A stretch of 64,000 nucleotides of DNA from Oscillospiraceae bacterium. GTDB taxonomy: Bacteria; Bacillota; Clostridia; Oscillospirales; CAG-272. Below the pieces are notes generated by a model. That model was given only the letters and a program-made list of their open reading frames with translations, ran no database searches and was not told the DNA's origin. The stretch lies in NCBI GenBank assembly GCA_015064185.1, contig SVSS01000001.1, positions 4,910 to 68,909 of the forward strand, in the 5' to 3' direction. Positions within the stretch are counted from its first letter, which is position 1. Every line of letters begins with the position of its first letter. Below are positions 18,670-28,428 of the stretch, piece by piece. A program made the translations under genes and the position numbers.

Positions 18670-20264
18670 ACAAGAAAAGAATTGTGAGAATTGTCACAGC
18701 GCTGCTAGCAGTTTTGCTCATTGGTGCGGCAATGCTCTCACTGACAAGCTGTGCCGGTTCGAAAGAGGAAAAGATCGAGTCCTCTTGGACTGCGGCGGAT
18801 GCTGATGCCGCCACGTATTTTACGCGCATTTTGCCGATGAGTGCTGAGGCGCGTGAAAAATTTGTAGCCGCATCCCGTGGCTATAATATGAGCGCAGAGG
18901 GCTTTGATAAGAATGCCGATGCGCCTGACCTTGGTGTTGTTGATCTTGAGGGCGCAAAGGCTGCGCTTGAGCTTGTAAAGCCTCAAGATGATGCGTCCAA
19001 GGTAAAATTCGAGGAGTTCCGCACCGCGCTCACCGCCGAGCAGGTCAAGGATATCGTGACCCGTATGGGCGAAACCGTTTCGCTTGAGGCGGATAACGGT
19101 CCCATTGACACCCTGCTTGTTTGGATCGGTAAGTTCCTGCAGATCCTGACCAAGATCACGGGTGGCAAATACGTGCTCGGTCTTCTCGTTTTTGCGTTGG
19201 TGGTAGAGATCGTGATGCTGCCCTTTGGTATTAAGCAGCAGAAGAACTCCATCAAGCAAGCAAAGCTGCGTCCCAAGGAAATGGCGATTCGTAACAAATA
19301 CAAGGGTCGCAACGACCAGGCAACCCAGCAAAAGATGGCGCAAGAGATCCAAAAGATGTACCAGGAGGAGGGCTATAACCCCATGGGTGGCTGCCTGCCC
19401 CTGCTCATTCAGCTTCCTGTTATCTTGGCGCTCTATCAGATCGTGATTGATCCCCTTCGTTACGTGCTTGGTAAGGCGGCTACTCTTTCGAGTGCTCTGA
19501 CGACCTACTGCACCACCGCAAAGGCGGCAGGCGGTCTTGGCCTTAGCATCGGTAACGGCAAGGGCACCATCGAGCTGCTCTCTCAGGCAGGTAACAAGCT
19601 CGAGGGGCTTAAGAGCTTTGCTTACTATTCTAACGCCTCTGAGTGTTATGCGGATCTGACGAACGTTGCGATTCCCGATTTCGAGTTGTTTGGTCAAAAC
19701 ATGGGTAACGTTCCCTCGTTTACCAGCATTCTCGTTTTGGTGCCGATCCTCACATTTGTATTCTATTTTGCCAGCATGAAGCTCAACCGCAAGTTCACCT
19801 ATCAGCCTGCCGTGCAGGATGCACAAATGGGATGCTCCAACAACATGATGGATATTACCATGCCTTTGATGAGTGTGTATATCGCATTCATCGTTCCTGC
19901 CGCGGTTGGTATTTACTGGATGTTTAAGAGCGTGCTCTCCACCCTTAAGTCTTTCATTATGAGTAAGGTGATGCCCGTTCCTGTCTTTACCGAGGAGGAT
20001 TATAAGGCAGCTGAAAAGGCACTTAAGGGCAAGGGCAAATCGGAAAGCAGACCCGTAGAGCGTACTGCTGCATCCGGCACCAAGCCCCGTTCTTTGCACT
20101 ATATCGACGAGGATGATGAGCCTCTGCCGCCCCCCGTGCCCGAAAGGGTCGAGGAGCCTGCAAAGAAGAAGGTGGAGAAGGATGAGCCTGCCACAGAGGT
20201 GAAGCCCTCTCAGGTGCCCAACCTCAAAGAGGATCGCAAAAACACGGACAACAAGAATAAGTGA
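18666..20264 (+). CDS. yidC: YidC/Oxa1 family membrane protein insertase (long lipoprotein form)
   Basis: Lipobox LTSCAG, 60-kDa-IMP core (QQKM..IQKMY...[16 protein letters not shown]) and a K/E/P-rich C-terminal tail. Confidence 0.9.
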   Translation: MNKKRIVRIVTALLAVLLIGAAMLSLTSCAGSKEEKIESSWTAADADAATYFTRILPMSAEAREKFVAASRGYNMSAEGFDKNADAPDLGVVDLEGAKAALELVKPQDDASKVKFEEFRTALTAEQVKDIVTRMGETVSLEADNGPIDTLLVWIGKFLQILTKITGGKYVLGLLVFALVVEIVMLPFGIKQQKNSIKQAKLRPKEMAIRNKYKGRNDQATQQKMAQEIQKMYQEEGYNPMGGCLPLLIQLPVILALYQIVIDPLRYVLGKAATLSSALTTYCTTAKAAGGLGLSIGNGKGTIELLSQAGNKLEGLKSFAYYSNASECYADLTNVAIPDFELFGQNMGNVPSFTSILVLVPILTFVFYFASMKLNRKFTYQPAVQDAQMGCSNNMMDITMPLMSVYIAFIVPAAVGIYWMFKSVLSTLKSFIMSKVMPVPVFTEEDYKAAEKALKGKGKSESRPVERTAASGTKPRSLHYIDEDDEPLPPPVPERVEEPAKKKVEKDEPATEVKPSQVPNLKEDRKNTDNKNK

Positions 20265-20273
20265 GGATAGAGT

Positions 20274-20972
20274 ATGAAAAAGGAAATTACCGTAACAGCC
20301 AAAACCGTTGAAGAGGCTGTTTTGAAGGCAGTGGCAGATCTTGGCGCACCCAGCGCCGATGCAATCACCTATACCGTTGTAGAGGAGCCGAAGAAGGGCT
20401 TTCTCGGCTTTGGTGCAGCACCTGCAAAAATCACTGCCGTATATGCTGCTAAGGGTGTAAATGCCGCAGTGGAGCTGATTCGCGCACTGGTTGGCGGCAT
20501 GGGCATCAATGCCAACGTCAAGCTTGTAGAGAGCAGTGAAAAGGATGAGAACAAGCTGATCTGTGTGGAGGGCGAGGGCGCAGGAGTGCTGATCGGTCAC
20601 CATGGCGATACGCTCGACTCCTTGCAGTATCTTGCAAACCTTGCCGCAAACAAAAAGGTTGCGGGCGAGAAGCGTGATTTCTGCCGTATTACCGTTGATG
20701 TAGAAAATTACCGCGCTAAGCGTGAGGAAACACTGCGTGCTTTGGCTCGCAGAAAAGCAGAGCAGGTATTGCGCTATAAAAAGAGCGTGATGCTTGAGCC
20801 GATGAATCCTTACGAGCGCCGCATCATTCACTCTGAGGTGCAGCATATTGAGGGCGTTTCTACCAACTCTATCGGCAGCGAAAACAACCGTAAGGTTGTG
20901 ATGTATCTCGATACCGAGGTGAAGGAAGTCTCCGCTCCCCGTCAGGAATTTGAGGAATTTGCAGAATTTTAA
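20274..20972 (+). CDS. jag: Jag/KhpB RNA-binding protein (Jag_N + KH + R3H)
   Basis: The C-terminal R3H motif LEPMNPYERRIIH and the canonical position after yidC. Confidence 0.9.
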   Translation: MKKEITVTAKTVEEAVLKAVADLGAPSADAITYTVVEEPKKGFLGFGAAPAKITAVYAAKGVNAAVELIRALVGGMGINANVKLVESSEKDENKLICVEGEGAGVLIGHHGDTLDSLQYLANLAANKKVAGEKRDFCRITVDVENYRAKREETLRALARRKAEQVLRYKKSVMLEPMNPYERRIIHSEVQHIEGVSTNSIGSENNRKVVMYLDTEVKEVSAPRQEFEEFAEF

Positions 20973-20987
20973 TCAAAAGTAAAAGGG

Positions 20988-21039
20988 CACGGTGCGGGGC
21001 ACTGCCGCAAGGCAAAACCCGCACCGTGTTGTGGTTTTT
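20988..21039 (+). terminator. hairpin plus T-rich tract between jag and mnmE
   Basis: 11-bp stem CACGGTGCGGG (20988-20998) pairs with CCCGCACCGTG (21018-21028), followed by TTGTGGTTTTT. The tract ends directly at the mnmE ATG. Confidence 0.55.
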
Positions 21040-22407
21040 ATGAAAGTGTATGATACGATAGCCGCCATTTCTACACCGCGCGGCAAGGGCGGTATTGCTG
21101 TGATTCGCATATCGGGCGCCAATACTGCTGCGGTGCTGGCAGAGATATTTTTGCCGCGTGGCAAATCCCCCACAGACAATCCGCGGCGCGCCTGCTTTGG
21201 CGATATCTGCACGCCTGCGGGCGAGGTGATCGACGAGGGGCTGGTTACTTATTTTGCCGCCCCTGCATCCTTTACGGGTGAGGATGTGGCAGAGATCTCC
21301 TGCCACGGCGGTGTGCTTTTGACCGAAGCCGTGCTTGGTGCTGTCCTTGCGGCGGGGGCGCGCCCTGCCGAGGCGGGCGAGTTTACCGCGCGCGCCATGA
21401 TGAACGGTAAAATGGGGCTTTCCTCCGCAGAGGCACTTGGCGCACTGCTTGATGCAGGCAACAAGGGGCAGCTTGCGCTTGCGCGCGGTGGTATGGAGGG
21501 CAAGCTTGCCGATGCCACACGTGAGATCTACGAGCGCCTTTCCGCCATCCTTTCGGATATCTATGCCAAGGTTGATTTTCCCGATGAGGATCTTAACAGC
21601 ATGAGCGCAGAGGAGCTGCGCACGGCACTTGCACAGGTGAAGGCAAAGACCGAAGCGCTTGCCGCCACGTGGCAGTGCGGCAGAGCTGTGAGTGAGGGAA
21701 TTGAAACGGTAATTTGCGGTCCTGTCAATGCGGGCAAATCCACGCTTTATAATACTATTGTGGGATACGACGCCGCCATTGTGACCGATATTGCAGGCAC
21801 CACACGCGATATCATCAGCGAAACGGTATCGCTTGGCAATGTGACCCTTCGCCTGTCGGATACGGCGGGGCTGCGTGACACTGATGATGCCGTGGAGCAG
21901 ATCGGTGTGGCGCGTGCCGATGCCGCGATCGACCGTGCCGAGCTGGTGCTTGCCGTGCTTGACGGCAGCCTTGCACCCGATGAGAGGGTCATAGCGTTTT
22001 TGGAGCGCCTGAAAAGGGTACGTGGCACGGTTGTCGTGGTGCTCAACAAGCAGGATAAGGATGCGCTGTTTCCCAAGGCACTCCTTGCCGATTTTTCGCA
22101 CGTTGTCACGGTAAGTGCAAGGGATAATGAAATCTCTGCCCTTAGTGAATTGGTAAGCGCCCTTTATACCGCCGATATCGATCTTCGCCATGATGCCGTT
22201 GTGGCAAATGCGCGTCAATTTGCCGCGCTTACACGCGCGGTCAAGGCATTGGATGCCGCCATCGCGGCGCTTGATGCGGGTGTTCCGCTTGATGCCTCTT
22301 GTGTGGATGCCGAGCTTGCTATGTCAGCGGTTGGCGAGGTTGACGGCAGAGCCGTTGGCGAGGATATTGTGGCAGATATTTTTTCTCATTTTTGTGTTGG
22401 AAAATAA
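21040..22407 (+). CDS. mnmE: tRNA uridine-5-carboxymethylaminomethyl synthesis GTPase MnmE
   Basis: The N-terminal DTIAAISTPRGKGGIAVIRISG, the G-domain motifs GPVNAGKST and DTAG, and the C-terminal FCVGK. The start is set at MKVYDTIAA. No SD is visible. Confidence 0.9.
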   Translation: MKVYDTIAAISTPRGKGGIAVIRISGANTAAVLAEIFLPRGKSPTDNPRRACFGDICTPAGEVIDEGLVTYFAAPASFTGEDVAEISCHGGVLLTEAVLGAVLAAGARPAEAGEFTARAMMNGKMGLSSAEALGALLDAGNKGQLALARGGMEGKLADATREIYERLSAILSDIYAKVDFPDEDLNSMSAEELRTALAQVKAKTEALAATWQCGRAVSEGIETVICGPVNAGKSTLYNTIVGYDAAIVTDIAGTTRDIISETVSLGNVTLRLSDTAGLRDTDDAVEQIGVARADAAIDRAELVLAVLDGSLAPDERVIAFLERLKRVRGTVVVVLNKQDKDALFPKALLADFSHVVTVSARDNEISALSELVSALYTADIDLRHDAVVANARQFAALTRAVKALDAAIAALDAGVPLDASCVDAELAMSAVGEVDGRAVGEDIVADIFSHFCVGK

Positions 22408-22429
22408 GAAATAAGAAAGGAGAACGACT

Positions 22430-22777
22430 GTGAAAACAAGTGAACGCGTATTATTTATCATTGGAGCTGTTTTGACTGTTGCTGCCTTGCTACTTGCGTG
22501 CTTTGCGGCATATTTCGGTGTATCGGCACTGATCTCGATCCATTTCCATGACATGGAGGGTGCACAGAGCATCGGTGTTGCATTTATGCTTGTGTTTTTG
22601 GCGATCTTTGCCGTTGCCGCATGGGGCGCTGCCTTGCTTGCCGCGATCCTGCTGTTTATTCGCCCGGCGCGCGCAAAGCACCTCCGTGTGCGGCGTTGGT
22701 CGCGCATTTTCCTATTACTGCTTTTAGTAAGCTCCTTGCTGATCGGCTTGCTGCTCATTCTTTGCATGATCGGATAA
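22430..22777 (+). CDS. small integral membrane protein (3-4 TM), unknown function
   Basis: GTG start with AAAGGAG 7 nt upstream, hydrophobic throughout, followed by a strong terminator. Confidence 0.55.
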   Translation: MKTSERVLFIIGAVLTVAALLLACFAAYFGVSALISIHFHDMEGAQSIGVAFMLVFLAIFAVAAWGAALLAAILLFIRPARAKHLRVRRWSRIFLLLLLVSSLLIGLLLILCMIG

Positions 22778-22778
22778 T

Positions 22779-22826
22779 AAAAATCACACCCGTGTGCCGA
22801 GTTTTGGTGCACGGGTGTGATTTTTT
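22779..22826. terminator. bidirectional terminator
   Basis: 12-bp stem ATCACACCCGTG (22783-22794) pairs with CACGGGTGTGAT (22810-22821), flanked by A-run and T-run. Confidence 0.75.
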
Positions 22827-22833
22827 GCAAAAT

Positions 22834-23580
22834 CTAACGAGGCGCTTTACTTTCTTGAAGCTTCGGGATCGAAAAGGCGTTTAATGCCTTTCTGCGCTCC
22901 TTGCAATCGGGCATAATAGTGGCAAGATATTGCCAAAATGCCGTGCTGTGATCGGCGTGATGAAAATGTGCAAGCTCATGGCAGATCACGTAATCGACAA
23001 GTGCGGGGGGCAAAAAAACGAGGTTGCGATTGAGTGTCACGCGCCCCGTGCGCGGTCGGCAAACACCCCATTTGGTCTTCATGGTGCGAAAGGTAAGTGT
23101 GGGTGTTCTCGGGGGCTTTGGCGCAAAGATCGGACAAAGTTCTCTCGTACGTGCCGTGAGGCGCTCTCTGGCTTCGCGGTCAAGAAATTCCGCAAAGCAT
23201 TTCATGCGCTCTGCTTGATCCTCGGGTTCCTTTACGGTAAGATAAAGCGTGCCGCTTTCTGCTTTGGCACAGCGTTTGCTGCCTTTTGCGACCCAAACGG
23301 TATGGGGAATTCCCCAAATAGGCAGGCTTTCACCCGTTATCAGCTGCAAGGGCTTGGGTGCTGCCGCTCGGCGCTCTGCCAATTTGTTTCTGGTCCTTTC
23401 GACAAAGTCGGTTTGTGACGCAAGAAATTCCTCCACGCGAGAGAGTGCCGTGCGTTGCGGCACGGAAACGTGTAAGGAGCCGTCCTCTTTGACGCGCAAC
23501 GTAAGATTTTTCACATTTTTGCGCGCAAAGGTATAAGTATAGACCGTGTCGCCTGCGCGATAAGTGCGTATCTCCTTCAT
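22834..23580 (-). CDS. M48-family / YgjP-like (DUF45) metal-dependent hydrolase
   Basis: The zincin motif HELAHFHH near the C-terminus and a length of about 248 aa. Confidence 0.8.
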   Translation of the reverse strand: MKEIRTYRAGDTVYTYTFARKNVKNLTLRVKEDGSLHVSVPQRTALSRVEEFLASQTDFVERTRNKLAERRAAAPKPLQLITGESLPIWGIPHTVWVAKGSKRCAKAESGTLYLTVKEPEDQAERMKCFAEFLDREARERLTARTRELCPIFAPKPPRTPTLTFRTMKTKWGVCRPRTGRVTLNRNLVFLPPALVDYVICHELAHFHHADHSTAFWQYLATIMPDCKERRKALNAFSIPKLQESKAPR

Positions 23581-23581
23581 G

Positions 23582-24028
23582 TTATCGGCGAAGCTTGTCG
23601 AGCGCGTTTTGCAGAATGATCTCGGCGGAAAGCGTGTCGATCACGCCCTTTCTGCGCTGACCTCTGGTGTTGGTTTCATTCAGAAAGCGAGAGGCTGCCA
23701 TGGTGGTCATGCGCTCGTCCATGAGGGCAAGGGGGATCTCGGGCATCCTTTCCTCAAGCATGGCGGCAAATTGGCGGATGCGCGCCGCGCGCGGACCCTC
23801 CGTGCCGTTCATGTTTACGGGAAGCCCTAGTACGATTCCACTGATTCTCTCGGTTTGTACGACCTCGGCAATTGCCTCGACCGAGCGCTCAAGCCCGCCG
23901 CCCTTAATGTTGCCAATGCCTGAGGCAAGCATGCGAGAGGCATCGGATACGGCAAGACCCGTGCGCGCCTCTCCAAAATCAATGCCGAGCACACGTCCTT
24001 TTGTTTCCTTTAATTTTTCAAAGCTCAT
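23582..24028 (-). CDS. ruvX: Holliday junction resolvase-like RuvX/YqgF
   Basis: The N-terminal LGIDFGEARTGLAVSD motif and a size of about 148 aa. Confidence 0.9.
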   Translation of the reverse strand: MSFEKLKETKGRVLGIDFGEARTGLAVSDASRMLASGIGNIKGGGLERSVEAIAEVVQTERISGIVLGLPVNMNGTEGPRAARIRQFAAMLEERMPEIPLALMDERMTTMAASRFLNETNTRGQRRKGVIDTLSAEIILQNALDKLRR

Positions 24029-24029
24029 A

Positions 24030-24995
24030 TTATACTCCTTGATCGGTCAGTGGCATGGGTATTTTCGCAAGGAAGTCCATGATATCCTCAAACACCTCGT
24101 CGCGGTTTTCCTCGTTGTGCATTTCGTGTCTGCCACCCTCATAAAGCTTTAGCGTGACATTGCATTTCTGCACCAATAAACGCTCATAGATCTTTTTCAC
24201 GCCTTTGCCATAATTGCCAACAGGGTCCATATCGCCCGCAAAAAGCAGAATGGGCAAATGCTTTGGCACGTTTTCTGCCCATTGCTTGCTTGAAACAGCG
24301 CCAAGCAGATGGAAAAGGGTATCGTAACCTGCCGCGGTAAACACGTAACAGCAGAAGGGATCACTTGCATAGCGCTCGCGCACACTGCGCTCGCGAGTGA
24401 GCCATGCGTTGGGATCCTTTTCCTTTGCAAAACGCTTGTTATAAGCGCCAAAGGCGAGTGATGTGATGAATTTACTGCGGTGACGGTGCCCCTTTGCACG
24501 TGCAATGGCATGTGTTAGCTTCAGCGCGAGGGCCGTGGGCTGCTCGGGCCCTGCCGTGCCGCTGATCAGCGCACCTGTCAGCTCCTCGCCGTAGCGCACA
24601 AGGTATAGTCTTGCCGCAAAGGAGCCCATGCTATGCCCGTAAAGAAAGAGCGGCAGGTCGGGGAAACGGTCCTTGATAATGCCGGTCATAGTATAGAGAT
24701 CCTCTACGATATAATCGGCGCCACCCCGTGTAGCCGTGTAGCCAAGGTCGGTCTTTGCCCCAGCGGTTTGACCGTGCCCTAAGTGATCGTTGCCACAAAA
24801 TATAATGCCCCGTTCGGCAAAGCGACGTGCCCATTCATCATAGCGTGCGACATATTCGCACATGCCGTGCGCAAGCTGAATGATAGCGCGCGGCTCGGTA
24901 TCCTGCGGGATCCACACGCATGCGTGTACGGTGTTAATACCGTCAGATGAGGGATAGGTAAATTCTTCAAAGGAAACAGTATTCATCACAGCCAT
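24030..24995 (-). CDS. alpha/beta hydrolase (lysophospholipase / monoacylglycerol-lipase-like)
   Basis: The HG oxyanion region (LAHGMCE) and the nucleophile elbow GHSMGS. Confidence 0.8.
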   Translation of the reverse strand: MAVMNTVSFEEFTYPSSDGINTVHACVWIPQDTEPRAIIQLAHGMCEYVARYDEWARRFAERGIIFCGNDHLGHGQTAGAKTDLGYTATRGGADYIVEDLYTMTGIIKDRFPDLPLFLYGHSMGSFAARLYLVRYGEELTGALISGTAGPEQPTALALKLTHAIARAKGHRHRSKFITSLAFGAYNKRFAKEKDPNAWLTRERSVRERYASDPFCCYVFTAAGYDTLFHLLGAVSSKQWAENVPKHLPILLFAGDMDPVGNYGKGVKKIYERLLVQKCNVTLKLYEGGRHEMHNEENRDEVFEDIMDFLAKIPMPLTDQGV

Positions 24996-26206
24996 TCCTC
25001 CTTTTCACAAATGTGGTGTGCCGCCGCCAACAGGGTGTCGCGGCGATTTGCCGCGGGATCCTGCCATACAAGATCCTGCAGGCAAGCGAGCAATGACGCC
25101 GTTTTTTCAACACGTACCCCCACCTTTTCCTGCAGCGTTTTGCCGTTTACTGCCAAGCGGCGCAGCTCCACTGCGGTGCCGTCCTTTAAAACGGTTTGCG
25201 TGAGCAGCAATGCGCGCTCAATATCCTCGCCAAAGAGCGCAGCCCGCAGCAGTAGCGCACCCTCAAAGTGTGGGAAATGGCGGCAAACAAATCGCCTTGC
25301 CTCGTAAGGGCTTTCGGGAATCATTTCGCCAAGTGCGGCAATATAGGCGCACATGCTATCGGAAAACGCATTCGGTGTATGCCAGCACCTAGTAAGGTGG
25401 CGCAGTGCTTCGGGTGTTTCCCTGTGCAGCAATGCCGCCATGCGAAGCGGCGCTTGCTTTGGCAAAATGTTAAGCGCTGCAAGGCGCGTAAGATCAGGCG
25501 AAATATCAAAAAATATATAAGGTAAGCACCCGGCATGCTGCATGAGGGTGAACCCGCGCTCGGGTGCGACGCCTAAGACGGTTCGCGTCAGCTCTGAAAA
25601 AATACGCTCGATTGCAATATCCCCAAGGCGCGAGGCGCAAAGGCTAGCGGCGCGTTCGGTTTCGGGCTCTACCGTAAAATCAAGCTGTGAGGAAAATCGG
25701 AAGCAGCGCAAAATGCGCAAGGCATCCTCGCAAAAACGCTTTTCGGGATCGCCTACGGCGCGAAGAATACCGTTGGCAAGATCGGCTTGACCGCCAAAAA
25801 GATCGACCAGCCCCGTTTCCTCGCTCCATGCCATGGCATTGACCGTAAAATCGCGGCGCGCAAGATCCGCAGCAAGATCCGGGGTGAAGGTCACGTTGTC
25901 GGGGTGTCGGCTGTCACTGTAAGCACCGTCGGTGCGATGCGTGGTGATCTCCACGGGCTTTCCTTCCGAGAGGACGGTGAGCGTGCCGTGCGCGAGCCCT
26001 GTTGGAATGATGCGAAAATCCTTAAAAATTTCAAGCATTTCGGAGGGGGTGGCGTTTGTGGTAAGGTCAAAATCGTGTGGTATGACACCGCGCAAAAGGT
26101 CGCGCAGACTGCCGCCTACAAGATATCCGCGCTTGCCGTTTTGCCGCAAAACATCTAAAATATTGCGCACGTATGCGGGTATTTGCCCTTGAATATCCAC
26201 TTGCAT
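24986..26206 (-). CDS. cca: CCA tRNA nucleotidyltransferase / poly(A) polymerase family
   Basis: The GGSLRDLL...DFDL nucleotidyltransferase motif and RDFTVNA. The start is set at the ATG (MQVDIQ) 8 nt after AAGGAGG. Confidence 0.85.
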   Translation of the reverse strand: MQVDIQGQIPAYVRNILDVLRQNGKRGYLVGGSLRDLLRGVIPHDFDLTTNATPSEMLEIFKDFRIIPTGLAHGTLTVLSEGKPVEITTHRTDGAYSDSRHPDNVTFTPDLAADLARRDFTVNAMAWSEETGLVDLFGGQADLANGILRAVGDPEKRFCEDALRILRCFRFSSQLDFTVEPETERAASLCASRLGDIAIERIFSELTRTVLGVAPERGFTLMQHAGCLPYIFFDISPDLTRLAALNILPKQAPLRMAALLHRETPEALRHLTRCWHTPNAFSDSMCAYIAALGEMIPESPYEARRFVCRHFPHFEGALLLRAALFGEDIERALLLTQTVLKDGTAVELRRLAVNGKTLQEKVGVRVEKTASLLACLQDLVWQDPAANRRDTLLAAAHHICEKEEWL

Positions 26207-26376
26207 TTCACTCACCTCCTTAGTTGTTTGTTCTTTCTATCCTTATTATATCACAAAAATTTGTCAATGTAAATAAATCGGCATTTTTTGCCTTGTTTTG
26301 TTTTTGGAAAAACGTAAAAACTATACCCGAGAGCATTGTGACTTGATGCACGGCTCCCAGAAAAGAGGTAAAAAGA

Positions 26377-26589
26377 ATGACTGTCATTGACCGTATTGCC
26401 CTGATCCTTGTTGTGGTAGGCGCCCTCAATTGGGGTGCGATCGGGCTGTTCAGCTTTGATGCGGTTGCGTGGATCAGCGGTGGCGCGGGCACCTTGCTTG
26501 CCCGTATCATTTATACCGTTGTGGCGCTTGCCGGCATCTGGTGTATTTCCTTGATCTTTCGTTCTGAGGACGCGATCGAAGAAATGTAA
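26377..26589 (+). CDS. DUF378 domain membrane protein
   Basis: The motif VVGALNWGAIGLF, two TM helices and a length of 70 aa. Confidence 0.8.
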   Translation: MTVIDRIALILVVVGALNWGAIGLFSFDAVAWISGGAGTLLARIIYTVVALAGIWCISLIFRSEDAIEEM

Positions 26590-26602
26590 CGCACATTTCC
26601 TG

Positions 26603-26650
26603 CCGCCGCAGGGAAGCACGGGTTGCTGTGTTTCCTTGCGGCGGTTTTTT
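26603..26650 (+). terminator. rho-independent terminator
   Basis: Stem of about 13 bp (CCGCCGCAGGGAA pairing with TTCCTTGCGGCGG) followed by TTTTTT. Confidence 0.75.
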
Positions 26651-26930
26651 GTAAAAATGCATTTTCGGTGAATATGAGTGAAAAAATATTCATCAAAAAG
26701 CAGGCAAAGCAAAGACTTTTGTGCTGCTGTTTCCGTATGCGCAAGCCTGCTCCCCTGCAGCCAAACTTACCGACTGATGTAATTGCAAATGATGTAGCTA
26801 TAGTTATTTGATATATTTACGAGGAATTATTATTTTATTAAAAATTATTAAAAACTTTACGAGTGGCTTTCCGCGCATTTTTAACAAAAAAATGCTTGTC
26901 TTTTTATACATTTTTGACTTGTACCCACAA

Positions 26931-26958
26931 TTTGAAAAATAATGCAAAAATATTCACA
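26931..26958. promoter_or_regulatory. candidate ARG box(es) (ArgR/AhrC operator) abutting the argG promoter
   Basis: TTTGAAAAATAATGCAAA matches TNTGAATWWWWATTCANW at 16 of 18 positions. The overlapping AATGCAAAAATATTCACA is also ARG-box-like. Both sit just upstream of the -35. Confidence 0.35.
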
Positions 26959-26965
26959 AAAATGC

Positions 26966-26994
26966 TTGACAAACGCTTGAAGAAGTGCTATGAT
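26966..26994 (+). promoter_or_regulatory. candidate sigma-A promoter for argG (TTGACA-17-TATGAT)
   Basis: TTGACA lies at 26966-26971 and TATGAT at 26989-26994. Confidence 0.55.
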
Positions 26995-27057
26995 AATGCC
27001 ATGCGATTTCGACTGTGCGAAATTTTATATAACTTTATATAAGGAGATCTTAAAATC

Positions 27058-28281
27058 ATGGAAAAGAAAGATATCAAAAAAGTAGTGCTTGCCTATTCCG
27101 GCGGTCTTGACACCTCTATTATCATTCCGTGGCTCAAGGAGAACTACAATAACTGTGAGGTTATTGCTGTTTCCGGTAATGTGGGTCAGGCGGATGAGCT
27201 TGAGGGGCTTGAGGAGAAGGCAATCAAAACCGGCGCTTCCAAGTGCTACGTGCTTGACTTGACTGACGATTATGTTGATAATTATATCATCCCCTGCGTA
27301 AAGGCAGGCGCAATTTATGAGGAGTACCTGCTTGGCACCAGCCACGCACGCCCCTGCATTGCAAAGGCTCTGGTTGATATTGCGATCAAGGAGGGCGCCG
27401 ATGCGATTGCACACGGCTGCACCGGTAAGGGTAATGACCAGGTCCGCTTTGAGCTGACCATCAAGCGCTTTGCACCCGATATGCCCATCATCGCTCCCTG
27501 GCGTGAGTGGAGCATCAAGTCCCGTGAGGAGGAGATCGATTACGCAGAGGCACACAACGTACCCCTGAAGATCAACCGCGAAACTAACTACTCCAAGGAT
27601 AAGAACCTCTGGCATCTTTCTCACGAGGGTCTTGATCTTGAGGATACCGGCAACGAGCCGCAGTACGAGAAGCCCGGCTTCCTTGAAATGGGCGTTTCTC
27701 CCATCAACGCACCCGACGTTCCTACCTACATCGAGCTTGAGTTTGACAAGGGCGCACCTGTTGCACTCAACGGCGAAAAGATGTCCGCTAAGAACATTAT
27801 CCTTGCCCTTAACAAGATCGGCGGTGAGAATGGCATCGGTCTGCTTGACATCGTTGAGAACCGTCTTGTCGGCATGAAGTGTCGCGGCGTATACGAAACG
27901 CCCGGCGGCGCAATTCTTTACAAGGCACACAGCGTGCTTGAAACGCTTTGCCTTGATAAGTACACGATGCACGAAAAGCAGAAGCTTGCTGTGACCTACG
28001 GTGAGCTTGTATACAACGGTCAGTGGTTTACCCCTCTGCGTGAGGCACTTGCCGCCTTCGTTGATAAGACGCAGGAGCGCGTGTGCGGTAAGGTGCGTCT
28101 GAAGCTTTACAAGGGCAATATGATCAATGCGGGCACTTGGAGCCCCTACACGCTTTACAGCGAGGAGATCGCCACCTTTGGCGAGAGTAACTATAACCAG
28201 AAGGACGCAGAGGGCTTTATCAACCTCTTTGGTCTGCCGATCCAGGTGCAGGCAATGTCTGACATGGGCAAGCTGAAATGA
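27058..28281 (+). CDS. argG: argininosuccinate synthase
   Basis: The motifs AYSGGLDTS and [13 protein letters not shown], and full-length similarity to ArgG type I. Confidence 0.95.
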   Translation: MEKKDIKKVVLAYSGGLDTSIIIPWLKENYNNCEVIAVSGNVGQADELEGLEEKAIKTGASKCYVLDLTDDYVDNYIIPCVKAGAIYEEYLLGTSHARPCIAKALVDIAIKEGADAIAHGCTGKGNDQVRFELTIKRFAPDMPIIAPWREWSIKSREEEIDYAEAHNVPLKINRETNYSKDKNLWHLSHEGLDLEDTGNEPQYEKPGFLEMGVSPINAPDVPTYIELEFDKGAPVALNGEKMSAKNIILALNKIGGENGIGLLDIVENRLVGMKCRGVYETPGGAILYKAHSVLETLCLDKYTMHEKQKLAVTYGELVYNGQWFTPLREALAAFVDKTQERVCGKVRLKLYKGNMINAGTWSPYTLYSEEIATFGESNYNQKDAEGFINLFGLPIQVQAMSDMGKLK

Positions 28282-28428
28282 TCAGAAAGTACTACGGACT
28301 GCCGCGCCTTTGGTGCGGCAGTCCTATGGTGTTCATTTAAGGAAAATTTGGCGTAGTGTCGCGGAAAATATAGCTCTTAAAACCTTTTGGGTGCGACTCC
28401 CTTCGACTATTTTTAAGGAGAGAAGTTT

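Noticed and set aside
18738-20846. A 702-aa ORF on the minus strand spanning yidC and jag. It is the longest ORF in the window.
   Set aside because: It is exactly codon-aligned antisense to yidC and jag, which share one frame. Its stops could only arise from sense TTA, CTA or TCA codons, which these genes avoid. The product is low-complexity (Leu/Arg/His/Cys-rich), has no recognisable domain and no SD. The sense genes have unmistakable family motifs.
20869-22218. A 449-aa antisense ORF opposite mnmE. Similar long antisense ORFs lie opposite argG (27025-27972), nrdD (50092-51858), capD (53452-54972), the ABC genes (32487-33368 and 34330-35235), citrate synthase (13450-14187) and serC/serA (59494-60222 and 60499-61296).
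   Set aside because: For those I checked by coordinate arithmetic (mnmE, argG, nrdD, capD, citrate synthase), the antisense ORF is in the codon-aligned antisense frame of a well-supported gene. These are shadow ORFs produced by codon bias, not genes. Their composition is junk-like, and each would overlap a conserved gene entirely.
28296-28324. A 10-bp GC-rich hairpin, GGACTGCCGC...GCGGCAGTCC, between argG and argH.
   Set aside because: No U-tract follows it, so it is not a convincing intrinsic terminator. It may be a processing or stability element or a weak pause site. argH probably continues the same transcript or uses its own promoter.
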